Positions 24,032-35,505 of a stretch of 64,000 nucleotides of DNA are shown here, one piece after another. The stretch is from Leidyana gryllorum EB-2025a (taxonomy: Eukaryota > Protista > Apicomplexa): positions 124,001 through 188,000 of the forward strand of contig JBLWGC010000194.1 of assembly GCA_048772705.1 (NCBI GenBank), read 5' to 3'. Made by a program: the position numbers and the translations under genes. The notes under the pieces were generated by a model that was not told the DNA's origin, did not search any database, and worked only from the letters and a program-made list of their open reading frames with translations. Within the stretch, counting starts at the first letter, position 1; the number at the start of each line of letters is the position of its first letter.

Positions 24032-26693
24032 CTATTCTGAGGGATGAACATTTGAGTTCTCGACCTCAAGTCGGAGATGCTGAGGTCGGTGACGCAATCT
24101 GATGACCACGCCATCACAACCTGCTCCCTCGCATTTGCCGCTTTCCTCGGATGTGGCGTCATCACAGCCAGAGCTCACTGCTGTCCCCACTGGCGTCACA
24201 GTCGCCGGAGTTTCAGCCTCAGAAGGACCGCCTGTACTTTTCGCCGAGGTCTCTGCAACAGTAGAAGCAGTGGTATACTCATCGGAGTCAGAAGTGGCCG
24301 CCACAGTAGTCGTACTGGTCGTGAAGGTCAATGGGGTGCCAACTTGGACAGAAACAGTGGTGTCCTCATCAGAGTCAGAACCGGTGTCAGAAGTGGCCGC
24401 CACAGTAGTCGGACTGGTCGTGAAGGTCAATGGAGTGCCAACTTGGACAGAAACAGTGGTGTCCTCATCAGAGTCAGAAGTGGCCGCCACAGTAGTCGGA
24501 CTGGTCGTGAAGGTCAATGGAGTGCCAACTTGGACAGAAACAGTGGTGTCCTCATCAGAGTCAGAACCGGTGTCAGAAGTGGCCGCCACAGTAGTCGTAC
24601 TGGTCGTGAAGGTCAATGGGGTGCCAACTTGGACAGAAACAGTGGTGTCCTCATCAGAGTCAGAACCGGTGTCAGAAGTGGCCGCCACAGTAGTCGGACT
24701 GGTCGTGAAGGTCAATGGAGTGCCAACTTGGACAGAAACAGTGGTGTCCTCATCAGAGTCAGAACCGGTGTCAGAAGTGGCCGCCACAGTAGTCGGACTG
24801 GTCGTGAAGGTCAATGGGGTGCCAACTTGGACAGAAACAGTGGTGTCCTCATCGGAGTCAGAAGTGGCCGCCACAGTAGTCGTACTGGTCGTGAAGGTCA
24901 ATGGGGTGCTGACTTCGGCCGAGACAGTGGTGTCCTCATCGGAGTCAGAACCGGTGTCAGAAGTGGCCGCCACAGTAGTCGTACTGGTCGTGAAGGTCAA
25001 TGGGGTGCCAACTTGGACAGAAACAGTGGTGTCCTCATCAGAGTCAGAACCGGTGTCAGAAGTGGCCGCCACAGTAGTCGGACTGGTCGTGAAGGTCAAT
25101 GGGGTGCCAACTTGGACAGAAACAGTGGTGTCCTCATCGGAGTCAGAAGTGGCCGCCACAGTAGTCGTACTGGTCGTGAAGGTCAATGGGGTGCTGACTT
25201 CGGCCGAGACAGTGGTGTCCTCATCGGAGTCAGAACCGGTGTCAGAAGTGGCCGCCACAGTAGTCGTACTGGTCGTGAAGGTCAATGGGGTGCCAACTTG
25301 GACAGAAACAGTGGTGTCCTCATCGGAGTCAGAACCGGTGTCAGAAGTGGCCGCCACAGTAGTCGTACTGGTCGTGAAGGTCAATGGGGTGCCAACTTGG
25401 ACAGAAACAGTGGTGTCCTCATCAGAGTCAGAACCGGTGTCAGAAGTGGCCGCCACAGTAGTCGGACTGGTCGTGAAGGTCAATGGAGTGCCAACTTGGA
25501 CAGAAACAGTGGTGTCCTCATCAGAGTCAGAAGTGGCCGCCACAGTAGTCGTAGTCAATGGGGTGCTGACTTCGGCCGAGACAGGTGTCCTCATCGGAGT
25601 CAGAACCGGTGTCAGAAGTGGCCGCCACAGTAGTCGTACTGGTCGTGAAGGTCAATGGGGTGCCAACTTGGACAGAAACAGTGGTGTCCTCATCAGAGTC
25701 AGAACCGGTGTCAGAAGTGGCCGCCACAGTAGTCGGACTGGTCGTGAAGGTCAATGGAGTGCCAACTTGGACAGAAACAGTGGTGTCCTCATCAGAGTCA
25801 GAAGTGGCCGCCACAGTAGTCGTAGTCAATGGGGTGCTGACTTCGGCCGAGACAGTGGTGTCCTCATCGGAGTCAGAACCGGTGTCAGAAGTGGCCGCCA
25901 CAGTAGTCGTACTGGTCGTGAAGGTCAATGGGGTGCCAACTTGGACAGAAACAGTGGTGTCCTCATCAGAGTCAGAACCGGTGTCAGAAGTGGCCGCCAC
26001 AGTAGTCGGACTGGTCGTGAAGGTCAATGGAGTGCCAACTTGGACAGAAACAGTGGTGTCCTCATCAGAGTCAGAAGTGGCCGCCACAGTAGTCGTAGTC
26101 AATGGGGTGCTGACTTCGGCCGAGACAGTGGTGTCCTCATCGGAGTCAGAACCGGTGTCAGAAGTGGCCGCCACAGTAGTCGTACTGGTCGTGAAGGTCA
26201 ATGGGGTGCCAACTTGGACAGAAACAGTGGTGTCCTCATCAGAGTCAGAACCGGTGTCAGAAGTGGCCGCCACAGTAGTCGTAGTCAATGGGGTGCTGAC
26301 TTCGGCCGAGACAGTGGGGTCCTCATCGGAGTCAGAAGTGGCCGCCAGAGTAGTCGTAATGGTCGTGAAGGTCAATGGAGTGCCAACTTGGACAGAAACA
26401 GTGGTGTCCCCATCGGAGTCAGAACCGGTGTCAGAAGTGGCCGCAACAGTAGCGGTACTGGTGATTGTCGCCAATGGAGTGGCATCCTCATCGGAATCTG
26501 GACATGCAGTGGTCTCCGTCTGACCACCTCCGGCACTAACGGTTGCATCAGTCACCACCAAGTAGGTGATATCGTCCTCAGTCAGATCTTTGAGGATCTC
26601 AAGTGTTTCACCGGCTACGAAAGTAAGATCAGTGGTGGCTGTGAGGGCGCATTGGATGGTAAAGAGAATAGGGTAGGAGTAAGAGAGCTTCAT
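24032..26693 (-). CDS. Secreted mucin-like protein, long paralog (~890 aa if repaired); interrupted by a 2-nt frameshift near 25584
   Basis: MKLSYSYPILFTIQC signal peptide. ORFs 25527-26693 and 24032-25594 carry the same repeat in different frames. At 25581-25590 the unit reads acaggtgtcc instead of acagtggtgtcc. Confidence 0.8.
24270..26500 (-). repeat. Coding tandem repeat array, ~23 units of 99/87/75 nt (SDEDTTVS[VQVG/AEVS]TPLT[FTTS]TTTVAATSD[TGSD]) with a 273-nt higher-order period
   Basis: Directly visible. The AEVS-type unit marker recurs at 25836 and 26109 (273 nt apart) and at 25565 (271 nt = 273 - 2). Confidence 0.95.
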
Positions 26694-26902
26694 TCTTCAA
26701 ATGCGTCAATGTAACTTGACGAAAAGACCTAAGAGGAGGAGAGATAGGTCGTTTGTTAGTGTTATGAATATGAAGGAACAAATTGGGTTCAGGGAGACGG
26801 GAGAACGCACACAATCACATTACATATTGCCTCTCTAAATGAACTCTGGAGGTTCGAGCATAAGAATGATGGATTGGCTGTGCAAAAAAAGTTGTAGGAG
26901 CC

Positions 26903-29383
26903 ATGGCGGTTGAGGACTCGGCTATCGATTCCCTCCCCCTTCTCCAGGACCGTATCAAAAGGGATCCTCAAGGATACAAGAATGACTTCTTGGACCAATA
27001 TATGTCTCTCCAATCCAGTCTCGAGCTGCTGAAAGAATCCCCCGCTCCCATTGAGCGGGAGTTGGTGATGTTCTGTGCGCAGACTGCCAGTTATTATGGG
27101 CGCGCTCAGGAGCTGGCTGACCGCCTTATGGCGGTCATTCAGAGCCTTGTGAAACCAGGAGATGTAAAGGTGCTCTTATCAGCTTTGTCTCTGATGGATG
27201 GGCGTAACTGTTTGGACAAGGCGAAAGTATATGGGGGGTTGATGCAGATGCTCGAGACAGCAGATGATGAGATATCCAGCTTTTTAGTTCGTCAATTAAT
27301 TAAGGGAATTTCTGGTACTAAGGATCAAACTAAGCTCAAGCAATGGCAGAGGAGTATATTCGGAGCTTTCCGGACCTCAAAATCCGACGATTTATCTCGT
27401 CGGCTCATGTTCATCATGATGAGTCTTTATTTGAAGCGCTCCTGGAATGACGCAGCGACTGCCAACACTATCGCATCGGGGATGGAGAGTCCAAACCCCG
27501 CCGTCGCGGAAAGCGCAGCGCGTTTCGTTCTCGGAGACACCAAGCGCCTTCACATTGCCTCAATGGGTGACAAGTCCACCGAGATTGATGACGAGACTGC
27601 CCGTCAAAAGCAAGCCGATCTGGTATCTCAGATCAGCAGGGAGCTCTCGGCTGGCAGCAACCTGAAGAAGAAGCGGAGCAAAAAGCGCATGGAGCGAATG
27701 AAAGAAGCAGCAGAGAAGAATCTGGCCAAGTTGGAACAGAAGCCGGATACCCGGTTGACTTTGACCTTCGAAATCATGGAAAAATTGTTCGATCCAATCA
27801 GCATTGCCGAGAAAGCTTTCAGTAAGTGTTTTCTGAATCGGTCTGCTCAGTTTTCGTCACAGAACGGTGTACCAAAAATGGTCAAAAAGATACCTTCAAG
27901 CTCAAACTGCTCTTGTTCACAGTGGCTGCCCGTCTCCTTGGCAGATTTGAGGGAAGTATTCCCGGTTTCTTCTCCTACTTCGGACGGTACATGAAACCTT
28001 CGCAAGATCAAATCACCCGGATTCTGGCCATTGCGGCACAGGCCGTGCACGAGTTCTCTCCGCAAGAGGAACTCCAGGCTTGTACACGACTCATTGCCGA
28101 TCAGTTCATTGTTGAGTCAGCCCCCCTGGAAGCGATAACAGTTGGTCTCAATACGGTAAGTCAAATCGCGGGGTTCGGTCTTCATCCAATCCCCTTCCAC
28201 CAGATCCGCGAAATGTGCGCCAGAAACATCAACGCCATTTCTCCTGAACTCCTGGCCGATCTCGTTGAGTACAAAGCAGAGGGCCGACAGCCATCCGTTC
28301 GGATTGCGGCTTCTGCCCTTCGCAACTTGTATCGACAGAAAGCGCCCCAACTGCTGCCCAAGAAGCACAGAGGACGGCAAGATGGACTCCAAGACACTGC
28401 TGGCAGCAATGAGACAAGCAGCGCGATGGAAGGATTGGATATCCTCCTGCGTCTCAAACAGATACACGCACAACGACGGGGAAAGAACAAGAAGAGGACA
28501 GCCAGCGAGCTCGACAACACCGAGGACCAAATTCGTGACCTCCAGACCTCAAAGATTATGACCAGCAAAGACTTTGCAGCTCTCAAGAAGATTCGTCTCA
28601 AGATCGCCACGGCGAGAAGTTTGGGGCAGAACCTGTTCGGATGGCTTGATCAGACGGATGGCTGGGAGGATTTGACCAGAGACATCTTCGGCGAGGAGGA
28701 TGAAGTCTCGCCGCCCTCGAAGAAGCGGCGGCTGTTGAATGGCGGAGCCGAATCGAAAAAGGATAACGACGAGAATCAAAGCACGACTGATGAAGAAGAG
28801 TCGCAAGGCAGTGAGCTGAACTGGGACGAGGCTGAGGAGGAGGAAATTGATGAAGAGGAACTCGCACGTATGGGCCTGGAGGAAGAAAGCAGCGATGAGG
28901 AGGAGAACTCAGGCGCGAGCGAGGGTGAGGAAGGAGGAGATAGCGACAGTGACACTGAGGAGGGAGGAGACGGCGACATTGATGATGAGGAGGAGGATGA
29001 TTCCGAGAGTGAAGAAGAGTCTAACCTCGGAATAGTTACTGGCGAAAGTCTTAAAGGCCGGGTTAAGATTTCAAGGAGACATGCACAGGTTCTTGCACGG
29101 CAGAACAAAGCCATCGAGCGAGAGAAGGTCAAAGAGGAAAGACGGAAGGGGGTTCAGAGCAGCAGGGCAGGAGTCACCAATAAGGTTGCTTCGAGAAACA
29201 AGCCAATGGCTATGCTCCGCCAGGTAAGTAGTGGCCATCCCCTTTCATGTAGTCACGCTATCATCTCAGAAACGGTCCGTGAGGGACAAACACCAGCGCT
29301 CCGCTCGAGAGAAAGTGGATGGTTTGCGAGCCCATATCAAAACTCTCAAGACTCAGAAAAGACAGAAACTTCGTCGTCGTTAA
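26903..29383 (+). CDS. SDA1: SDA1, 60S ribosome biogenesis factor; introns 27822-27862, 28156-28203, 29224-29269
   Basis: LPLLQDRIKRDPQGYKNDFLDQY N-terminus; ITVGLNT|IREMCAR; PQLLPKKHRGR; acidic tract; TNKVASRNKPMAM; basic C-terminus after splicing. Confidence 0.92.
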
Positions 29384-29394
29384 GAAGGATAGTA

Positions 29395-32300
29395 TTACTC
29401 TGTGCCGAACCTTGTTCTTCGTGATCGTTGCCGTAAAGCTGTGGAACCCACTAAATTCTCTTCGGCGGCTCTGGGATAGTAAGGTGCTGCAGCGGGGGCT
29501 CGGGGAGGTAAACCCCAAGCTGGGGGGTACACGGGAGGTCTTGGGGGGTTGCGAAAGAATTGGGGCTCGGGGGGGGCGGGGGGACAATAAACATTGTAAG
29601 TAGGGACACCCCAAAAAGGAACGCCAGCCGCAGTCCCATGATGAGACGACGCGGCTGGAGAGGTGCCAAACAATGCGGAGACTGCTGGAGAGTACCCGGC
29701 GGCAGCGTGTCTGGGTTCGGACCGAAAGGATCGGTCGTGGGTGACTGTAGCGCTTCGGCTGAGATCACTGCCTGCTCTGGAGTGCAGTGGAACGATCCTC
29801 GGAGCTCCGAATCGTGGCGCCCGAAAGGACTGTTGCCAGTCGTTGGAGTGATCTTCGTTTTCCTCCAGATGCCACCGAGGAAAATACGATTTGTTCCGGG
29901 GAACTTGTTCTGGGATGGACGATCGTTGGTGACGGTACGCTCCTTCACGAAAGGAAGAGCTTTGGCTCCCCACTATATTGTTGTCTCTGTATGAGTAAGA
30001 ACTCCCAGATTGACCGTACGAAGTGGACCGATTCAGTCCGTCCATGCTGCTTCCGTGACCTAAAGATCGCAACCATCTTTCAATGGCCCCCCACCTGTAG
30101 TGGTGATGGCCAGCGTGCGACTGCCTGTGGCCGCTCGGGTCGCCATTGAGATGCTTCAAATTGGGGTAATCGTCTCTCGGGACTGTCCAAAGCTCATATG
30201 TATGCGCTTGCGGTTCCAAGTCAATGTTGAACATCTAATGTGTTGTGTGTTTGGTGTTGTGTGCCAAGTGTGTCTCACCTTGTCGGGTTCGGAGTCGTGA
30301 GGTAACTGAAACGTCAGCTTCAAGGACTCCGCTGTGCCTTGGGTACAGAACGCAGCGAATCTTGTTGGGGACGCACAAGCAGCTTCCAATAAGAGAGAGT
30401 CTTCAGTCGACTCTGTAACTAGATTCTGGAACGGCTCAGCATACTGTGTGAAACGAATGATATCTAAGCGCGAGCTCGGAGATCCCACCTGCTGGTCATA
30501 GAGAGCTCTGTTCTTTATTCTTCGAGACTGCAAAGCGTTTTGAAGACGCAGAAGGACGTGCGTTCGACGTCGATCTTCGCTGGTTTCGTGATGTGGTGGA
30601 GGTACAACCAGCGGTCGACCCGTAAAGGCCGCTTCGTCAGCGAGACGTTCGCATACTTGGTGTCTCACAAGTCTCAAATACTCGTCTCTATCAACGAAGC
30701 GGATAAATTGGCCTGCGAGAAGAATACTTGGTCGATAGATCCGTATCTTACCAGTCTTCCAATTCCACTCCTGGGAGGCGCCAAGCTGACGTCTCCCGTC
30801 TCCCTTCATATCCTCCTTCAAGAACCATTCGATTGGAGTTGGCATTTGGAATCAAAGGTGGTCACAAGCTCAACAACATGGACCTATGGGTCGCACAGCT
30901 GATTGATATCAAGTTTCGTGCACGTTTGCGAGCTACACATTTTGGTCAGCGGTGCATGAAGAAAAATCAATCGATACCACTTCTCCATATAGGGGACTCT
31001 GATAGCAGCAAATCCAATCCAATGGAACGAGTAACATTACCTGGGGAGCCTATAGACGACCAATCTAAGCCTTGAATCTCTTCGTTGTTCACCATCAAAG
31101 TTAGGTGATCATCGTCCGACCCTTCGAGACTCAGTAACTGAGTTCCTTTGGGAACCTACACAGATGGTCTCAACACCTCCTCAATCGCGTCATATACTCA
31201 CCACTTCACCCCGTATCTTGCTGAATGTGCCACCCACCGTCCAGGCCTCAAACAACCCTCGAGACGGAACTATCATGAGCAATAGCGTACGAGGCCGTCC
31301 TGAACCCGACCGGTCCATGGCCCACGACACGCTGGCCCCCCGATAGCCTTTCCACCACTTCAGAATCCTCAACCCCGGCATCCACACAATGGTGACACGG
31401 GCCAAAGAATCTCTGAGGGCCACTACCTCCGGGCGCCAGGGACACGGTACAACCAGCTCGACTTCGTGGTCTCCGAACATTTTGGCTAATAAGGAGATCC
31501 GACTCTCCCAATTCAGAATCGCAATACATGGATTCATGACGGGCGTCTCGACCCTCGCCCCCAACGCCCACGGTAAGCGGGGCAACCGCCGGGGACGCTT
31601 GGGCTGTTTCTCATCCTATAAGAGAGTTGATGTCGACTGCAGCCAACATTCAGAGTCGTATCTTTTACCTTTCCGAGCACTCCAAACCGCACCATGGGAG
31701 CCGCTCCATAGGTGATGAGACGGATGTTATCGGCGGGACCGCCGAAGAACTCCGTTGTTTTCCCGTTACCGTCGAGCGAAGCAGAGCTGGTGAGACGACT
31801 CATCAGGCTGCGTCGAGTCGTTCTCGGCGCCGTGCCTTCGTTAGTCAGACCAGCGCTGTTGCTGGAGCACACCGATTCGTAACTGGCGCTATGTCGACGA
31901 GTCCCGACACGTTGATGTAGCTCGCCTGGCGGGCACGAGAGATTCGTGAGATCTTCCATGCCTTCCCTCGATCGCATGAACCCGAGTGTCTGAGCGGCGT
32001 AGTCCAGCACTTTTGTTGACCGGGGTACCGGGGCGAGAGGTAAAAGTGACCGTACGAGCGATGGGGGATCATGTGGGCGTTTTGGTTCAAAGTGCATATG
32101 GGATATGACGGAATCTGAATTCTTTGGATTCTCCCTTTCCGGTGAGATGATTCGAAGACTGACTTTTAGTACCGCTTACTCAAGTAATAGGGCCTTATGC
32201 CCGTGAGCTGCGGATATCTCTCGATCACTGATTAGGTCGCCAACCATAACGGCTGGAAGCAGCAGCTGTTGATTGGATCGATTCAACAAGACCAAGTAGG

Positions 32301-32686
32301 GCTGCACGATTGGGGCCGGTGAGTATAGGACTTGTAATCGGTGCCAGCAGTCGCAGGCGATCCCGAAGACCGTAGAGAGGTCGCGGCTTCCCAACCACGC
32401 ACTGCTAGTTGAAAGAAAGGCGAGTGTACCATTGGCAAACAGCACCAATAGCACCGGATTGGCGATGATAGGGGGTGTTGGACCGACCTGCTGCCACCAG
32501 CCTAAGCATACGGGAGTGCCCTGTGGGCAGACGGTTGTGGTGGTGCATTTGATATCGACTGTGGGAAATCGCCAAGACAAAGTGATGTTTCTCACCCACC
32601 GGAAGAGTGAGAGCGTGGATGTTAATGCGAGCTCCATCTTGACCTGCCACCCATACTTCACTTCCAATCCTATGTAGTACCCACAT
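29395..32686 (-). CDS. RAB3GAP2: Rab3 GTPase-activating protein non-catalytic subunit (RAB3GAP2)-like; multi-exon
   Basis: [30 protein letters not shown]...[15 protein letters not shown] matches the RAB3GAP2 N-terminal motif (DSLGRV...WKGYRDA...PRRGILEVW). Most of the junctions linking ORFs 32405-32734, 32176-32667, 31534-32097, 31190-31585, 30156-30845 and 29395-30234 were checked in frame; the 31190-to-30845 link was not. Confidence 0.75.
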
Positions 32687-32721
32687 CTCCCTTTTTTCCT
32701 TTGGCGATTTCGAGGGGGCCA

Positions 32722-35478
32722 ATGGCTCGACCAAAGGCTGCTAGACCGGCCAGGGCCGATTTGGCTACCAACACGCCTTCCAATACACCCATCGGCGGTG
32801 GAGCAAAGCTGAAAGCCAATGTTGAGGAGGAAGTTCCGCCGTTCGGATTCACAATGTCGCCCAAAACCCGGGATATCACTTCGCGAGCTGTGAGATGCGC
32901 GGCGCTCATTGGCATCGGAATCGTTTGCTTCTTCATGAGACTCTTCGCCGTGCTGCGATACGAGTCAGTCATCCATGAATACGACCCGTACTTTAACTTC
33001 CGCACCACCAAGTTTCTGGCACAAGAAGGTGAGACCCTCTGTTCGAATGGATGATGTGATCCCGAAAAGGCTACATGGAGTTCTGGAACTGGTTCGATGC
33101 CGCATCTTGGTATCCGCTAGGCCGAGTTATCGGGCAGACTTTGTTCCCCGGCCTTATGACCACTGCGTATCTGAGTCACTGGCTGGTGAATATGCTCGGG
33201 TTACCCATTGACATTCGGGATGTTTGCGTCTTCACTGCACCGGTCTTCTCCGCTCTGTGCGCGTGGAGCGCGTACGGCTTGGCAAAGGAGGTAAGTGCGT
33301 GCGAGAGCTTTGTGGAATTATAATCGCCTCGCCAGTGCACAGGAAAGCCAGGGGCTGGGCTATTCGCAGCACTCTTCATTGGAGTGTCGCCCGCGTATCT
33401 CTCGCGCTCAACGGCTGGCGGGTTTGATAACGAAGCTATCGCCATCTTCACCCTGGTGTTCTCATTCCAGACTTTCATGAGGGCGATGCGACGCGGCACA
33501 CTCTTGTCGGTCCTCCTGGCGAACCTGGCATACTTTTATATGGTCACTGCTTGGGGAGGCTACGTTTTCGTCATCAACGTGGGTTCACTGGCGGCAATGA
33601 GTGCTTCTGTACTATTTTCTCTCTCTCCCCGGCAGGTCGTCTCAATCTATGTGCTGATGTTAATCTTTATGGATAGATTCAATGACCGATACTTTGTTGT
33701 TTGGTCCGTTTACTACGTTATGGGAACACTCTGGTGTCTCAACATTCCCTTCGTGGCATATGCCGCTGTGACCTCTTCGGAGCACATGATATCTCACGGA
33801 GTCTTCATGGTCGCTATGGTGAGTGCCCGCCCAACTTTTGTTGTTGTCGGTCTTATGCCTCTCTTTAACCGCCTTCAGCTCTGGAAGTTGCGCCAATATC
33901 TGTTGAATTACTACTCTGGTGAAGCTATGAAGAGAGCGTGTCAGCGTGCTATCATGGGAGGCTTCCTGGGTTTCGTAGCTTTGTTCCTCCTACTCCTGGC
34001 CGCGGGCAAGACACGGTGGTCTGGACGGTCAATGACTCTGCTGGACCCGACTTATGCCGCCAAACATATCCCCATCATCGCTTCGGTATCTGAGCATCAG
34101 CCTCCGACCTGGGCAAGCTATCATTTTGACTTGGGCCCCATGTTCCTATTGACACCGGCCGGTATCTGGGCGACGCTCAAGTCTGGCTCAGAGACGGCCT
34201 GGTTCCTCGGTCTATTCGGTGTGCTGGCGGCCCATTTCTCGGGCGTGATGGTCCGTCTAATGCTCGTCTTGGCTCCGGCGGCCGCATGCCTGGCGGGAGT
34301 CGGAGCATCGAGTGTTCTCGAGTACAGCATTGGGGCAATCAAATCAGCTTTCACCAGTGTGCAAGCAGCCGCGAGCCCCAGGTCTCGGGCCATCCGAGAC
34401 ACCAGCAAGCTGCTCGCCATAGGTGAGACCACCAAAACAGAGCATCTTGTTGACATCTCATCTCCAGTGGCTTGCGGTTGCGTGGCCATCCTCTCGTACC
34501 GCACACTGCTGCAAGGGGTGTGGTCGGCTTCGGCCGTGTATTCGCATCCCTCCATTGTTCAAAGTGAGTCGGAGACGGGAAAAGAGTCGTTGACCAATAT
34601 GGCATATAGGTGGAGGACTAAGTGACGGTAGCCGTCTCATTATGGATGACTTCCGTGAGGCGTATACCTGGATGAAAGAGAACACTCACCCTGATGCGCG
34701 ATTCTTGTCCTGGTGGGACTACGGATACCAGGCCTGCTACATGGCAAATCGTACTATCGTCGTGGACAACAATACTTGGAATAATACACATATCGCCACG
34801 GTTGGCTTGGTGAGTCTTGGTGTATTTTCTGTTCAGAGTTAATCCTTTTCACAATCTCGCAGGCCATGTCATCGCCAGAGGAGGTGGCCTATCCTGTGGT
34901 CAATCATTTGGATGTGGACTACGTATTCGTAAGTACTATCTCCCCCGCGGCTCTCCCGCACTTGAGTGTATCAGGTCGTGTTCGGGGGCGCTAGTGGGTA
35001 CACGGGAGATGATTTGAACAAGTTCTTGTGGATGTTGAGGATCGGAAGGGGCGTCTTCACATTCCTGCCCGAGGAGACGGAGTTTTATGATCATCATGGC
35101 CACGTAAGTCTGTCTGTGAGATTGTTGTTTGATGGATCTCTCTGTTTAGTACAATGTCGGTCCGGGGGTGTCGTCGGTGTTGCGAGACTCTCTGATGTAT
35201 CGGTTGTCTTACCACAACTTCCATAATAATACCCTCACCCAAGGGAGAGATATCGCCAGAAAGACGCGGATAGAGAAGCTGCCCCAGTTGAAGTACTTTG
35301 AAGAGGCTTATAGTACAAGCTCGTGGCAAGTCCGCATCTATAAGGTAGATTGTAGTAGTGGAGAAATGACATCATTTTCCATGGCCTGCAGGTGAAGAAA
35401 GACGTGGATCGCTTGCCATACGGACAGCAAGAGCTGCGTAATGTGTTGTTCGACCCTCCTGGTCCGGTGTTTGGATGA
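32722..35478 (+). CDS. STT3: Oligosaccharyltransferase catalytic subunit STT3; multi-exon (first intron 33029-33069)
   Basis: [76 protein letters not shown]. Confidence 0.97.
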
Positions 35479-35505
35479 CAGTCCTCTAGTGCCAAAAAAT
35501 AACTG

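Noticed and set aside
24270-26500. CRISPR array or non-coding satellite
   Set aside because: There are no unique spacers, unit lengths are multiples of 3, and the array is in frame between a signal peptide and a conserved C-terminal module.
24270-26600. Similarity of EDT...GG motifs to bacterial fibronectin-binding repeats
   Set aside because: Only a few low-complexity residues match, and the diagnostic (I/V)DF element is absent.
24077-26714. Long plus-strand ORFs (870, 518 and 312 aa) over the repeat
   Set aside because: Antisense shadows of a stop-free repeat unit. The minus strand has the signal peptide and homology to the neighbouring paralog.
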